Positions 61,801 to 64,000 of a stretch of DNA of 64,000 nucleotides are shown here, piece by piece. Positions within the stretch are counted from its first letter, which is position 1, and each line of letters opens with the position of its first letter. The translations under genes and the position numbers were made by a program. This stretch comes from Euprymna scolopes (Eukaryota). The stretch lies in assembly GCA_053919585.1 (NCBI GenBank), contig CM132827.1; one strand, written 5' to 3'. The notes beneath the pieces are model-generated. The model did no database searches and was not told the origin of the DNA. It was given only the letters and a program-made list of their open reading frames with translations.

Positions 61801-64000
61801 ACCCAAACACTCTGTTCATATCCATCAAAGATTAACCTTCAGTGGAGAAAATGAGAAAGGCACCATTTTCTTGGGAGCCAAACACTGTGTTCATATCCAT
61901 CAAAGGATAACCTTCAGTGGAGAAAATGAGAGAGGCATCATTTTCTTGGGACCCAAACACTCTGTTCATATCCATCAAAGGATAACCTTCAGTGGAGAAA
62001 ATGAGAAAGGCATCATTTTCTTGGGACCCAAACACTCTGTTCATATCCATCAAAGGATCACCTTCAGTGGAGAAAATGAGAAAGGCATCATTTTCTTGGG
62101 ACCCAAACACTGTGTTCATATCCATCAAAGGATAACCTTCAGTAGAGAAAATGAGAAAGGCACCATTTTCTTGGGAGCCAAACACTGTGTTCATATCCAT
62201 CAAAGGATCACCTTCAGTGAAGAAAATGAGAAAGGCACCATTTTCTTGGGACCCAAACACTCTGTTCATATCCATCAAAGGATAACCTTCAGTGGAGAAA
62301 ATGAGAAAGGCACCATTTTCTTGGGAGCCAAACACTGTGTTCATATCCATCAAAGGATAACCTTCAGTGGAGAAAATGAGAAAGGCACCATTTTCTTGGG
62401 ACCCAAACACTCTGTTCATATCCATCAAAGGATAACCTTCAGTGGAGAAAATGAGAAAGGCACCATTTTCTTGGGACCCAAACACTGTGTTCATATCCAT
62501 CAAAGGATAACCTTCAGTGGAGAAAATGAGAGAGGCATCATTTTCTTGGGACCCAAACACTCTGTTCATATCCATCAAAGGATAACCTTCAGTGGAGAAA
62601 ATGAGAAAGGCACCATTTTCTTGGGAGCTAAACACTGTGTTCATATCCATCAAAGGATAACCTTCAGTGGAGAAAATGAGAAAGGCACCATTTTCTTGGG
62701 AGCCAAACACTGTGTTCATATCCATCAAAGGATAACCTTCAGTGGAGAAAATGAGAGAGGCATAATTTTCTTGGGACCCAAACACTCTGTTCATATCCAT
62801 CAAAGGATAACCTTCAGTGGAGAAAATGAGAAAGGCATCATTTTCTTGGGACCCAAACACTCTGTTCATATCCATCAAAGGATAACCTTCAGTGGAGAAA
62901 ATGAGAAAGGCATCATTTTCTTGGGACCCAAACACTGTGTTCATATCCATCAAAGGATAACCTTCAGTAGAGAAAATGAGAAAGGCACCATTTTCTTGGG
63001 AGCCAAACACTGTGTTCATATCCATCAAAGGATAACCTTCAGTGAAGAAAATGAGAAAGGCACCATTTTCTTGGGACCCAAACACTCTGTTCATATCCAT
63101 CAAAGGATAACCTTCAGTGGAGAAAATGAGAAAGGCACCATTTTCTTGGGAGCCAAACACTGTGTTCATATCCATCAAAGGATAACCTTCAGTGGAGAAA
63201 ATGAGAAAGGCACCATTTTCTTGGGAGCCAAACACTGTGTTCATATCCATCAAAGGATAACCTTCAGTGGAGAAAATGAGAGAGGCATCATTTTCTTGGG
63301 ACCCAAACACTCTGTTCATATCCATCAAAGGATAACCTTCAGTGGAGAAAATGAGAAAGGCACCATTTTCTTGGGACCCAAACACTGTGTTCATATCCAT
63401 CAAAGGATCACCTTCAGTGGAGAAAATGAGAGAGGCACCATTTTCTTGGGAGCCAAACACTGTGTTCATATCCATCAAAAGAAAATGAGAGAGGCATCAT
63501 TTTCTTGGGAGCCAAACACTGTGTTCATATCCATCAAAGGATAACCTTCAGTGGAGAAAATGAGAAAGGCACCATTTTCTTGGGAGCCAAACACTGTGTT
63601 CATATCCATCAAAGGATAACCTTCAGTGGAGAAAATGAGAGAGGCATCATTTTCTTGGGACCCAAACACTCTGTTCATATCCATCAAAGGATAACCTTCA
63701 GTGGAGAAAATGAGAAAGGCACCATTTTCTTGGGACCCAAACACTGTGTTCATATCCATCAAAGGATCACCTTCAGTGGAGAAAATGAGAGAGGCACCAT
63801 TTTCTTGGGAGCCAAACACTGTGTTCATATCCATCAAAAGAAAATGAGAGAGGCATCATTTTCTTGGGAGCCAAACACTGTGTTCATATCCATCAAAAGA
63901 TCACCTTCAGTGAAGAAAATGAGAAAGGCATCATTTTCTTGGGAGCCAAACACTGTGTTCATATCCATCAAAGGATAACCTTCAGTGGAGAAAATGAGAG
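31890..64000. repeat. 75-bp tandem satellite array, ~428 units, runs off the window end
   Basis: Consensus GTTCATATCCATCAAAGGAT(C/A)ACCTTCAGTG(G/A)AGAAAAT(G/T)AGA(A/G)AGGCA(C/T)CATTTTCTTGGGA(G/A/C)C(C/T)AAACACT(C/G)T; only four indels seen (1 bp at ~38512 and ~39186, 16 bp at ~63480 and ~63839). Confidence 0.99.

Noticed and set aside
39176-61828. Annotating the 4725-aa and 2810-aa ORFs as genes
   Set aside because: Open frames are expected when a stop-free 75-bp unit is amplified; disruptions are propagated by duplication; there is no domain or expression evidence. Kept only as a finding to test.
32173-63978. + strand repeat peptide HIHQRITFSGENEK as a zinc-finger array
   Set aside because: The period is 25 aa rather than 28, there is no C-x2-C, and a common allele (AATTAG) puts stops in this frame; the HQRI/GE resemblance is likely chance.
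31890-64000. CRISPR array
   Set aside because: There are no unique spacers, the whole 75-bp unit repeats, the context is eukaryotic, and no cas genes are present.

Overview
AT-rich animal (invertebrate-like) nuclear DNA in two very different halves. Bases 1-31.9 kb hold one probable host gene, a 5-finger C2H2 zinc-finger CDS on the - strand. It sits in a dense graveyard of mobile DNA: CR1/L2-group LINE 3' fragments, a decayed Ty3/Gypsy element with a tRNA-Leu-like PBS, tandem non-autonomous Helitrons, TIR and foldback elements, and several kinds of small-RNA-headed retroposon. The most novel-looking signal is a dispersed family of four copies with a U2 snRNA head. Its branch-point recognition sequence is locked in a hairpin by a built-in antisense arm, followed by a covarying GAAA-tetraloop stem, an Sm-like site and a (TAC)n/(TAA)n tail. 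It occurs as monomer and dimer, and one copy has jumped into the Gypsy RT. There are also 5S rRNA-headed SINE3-like copies and a tRNA-box element carrying a Penelope-type minimal hammerhead motif. Bases ~31.9-64 kb are a 75-bp satellite (~428 units, continuing past the window end) with reshuffled diallelic variants, nested higher-order duplications and a nearly open - strand frame. I interpret the giant repetitive ORFs as most likely non-coding. All family assignments come from motif recognition by eye; no searches were run.
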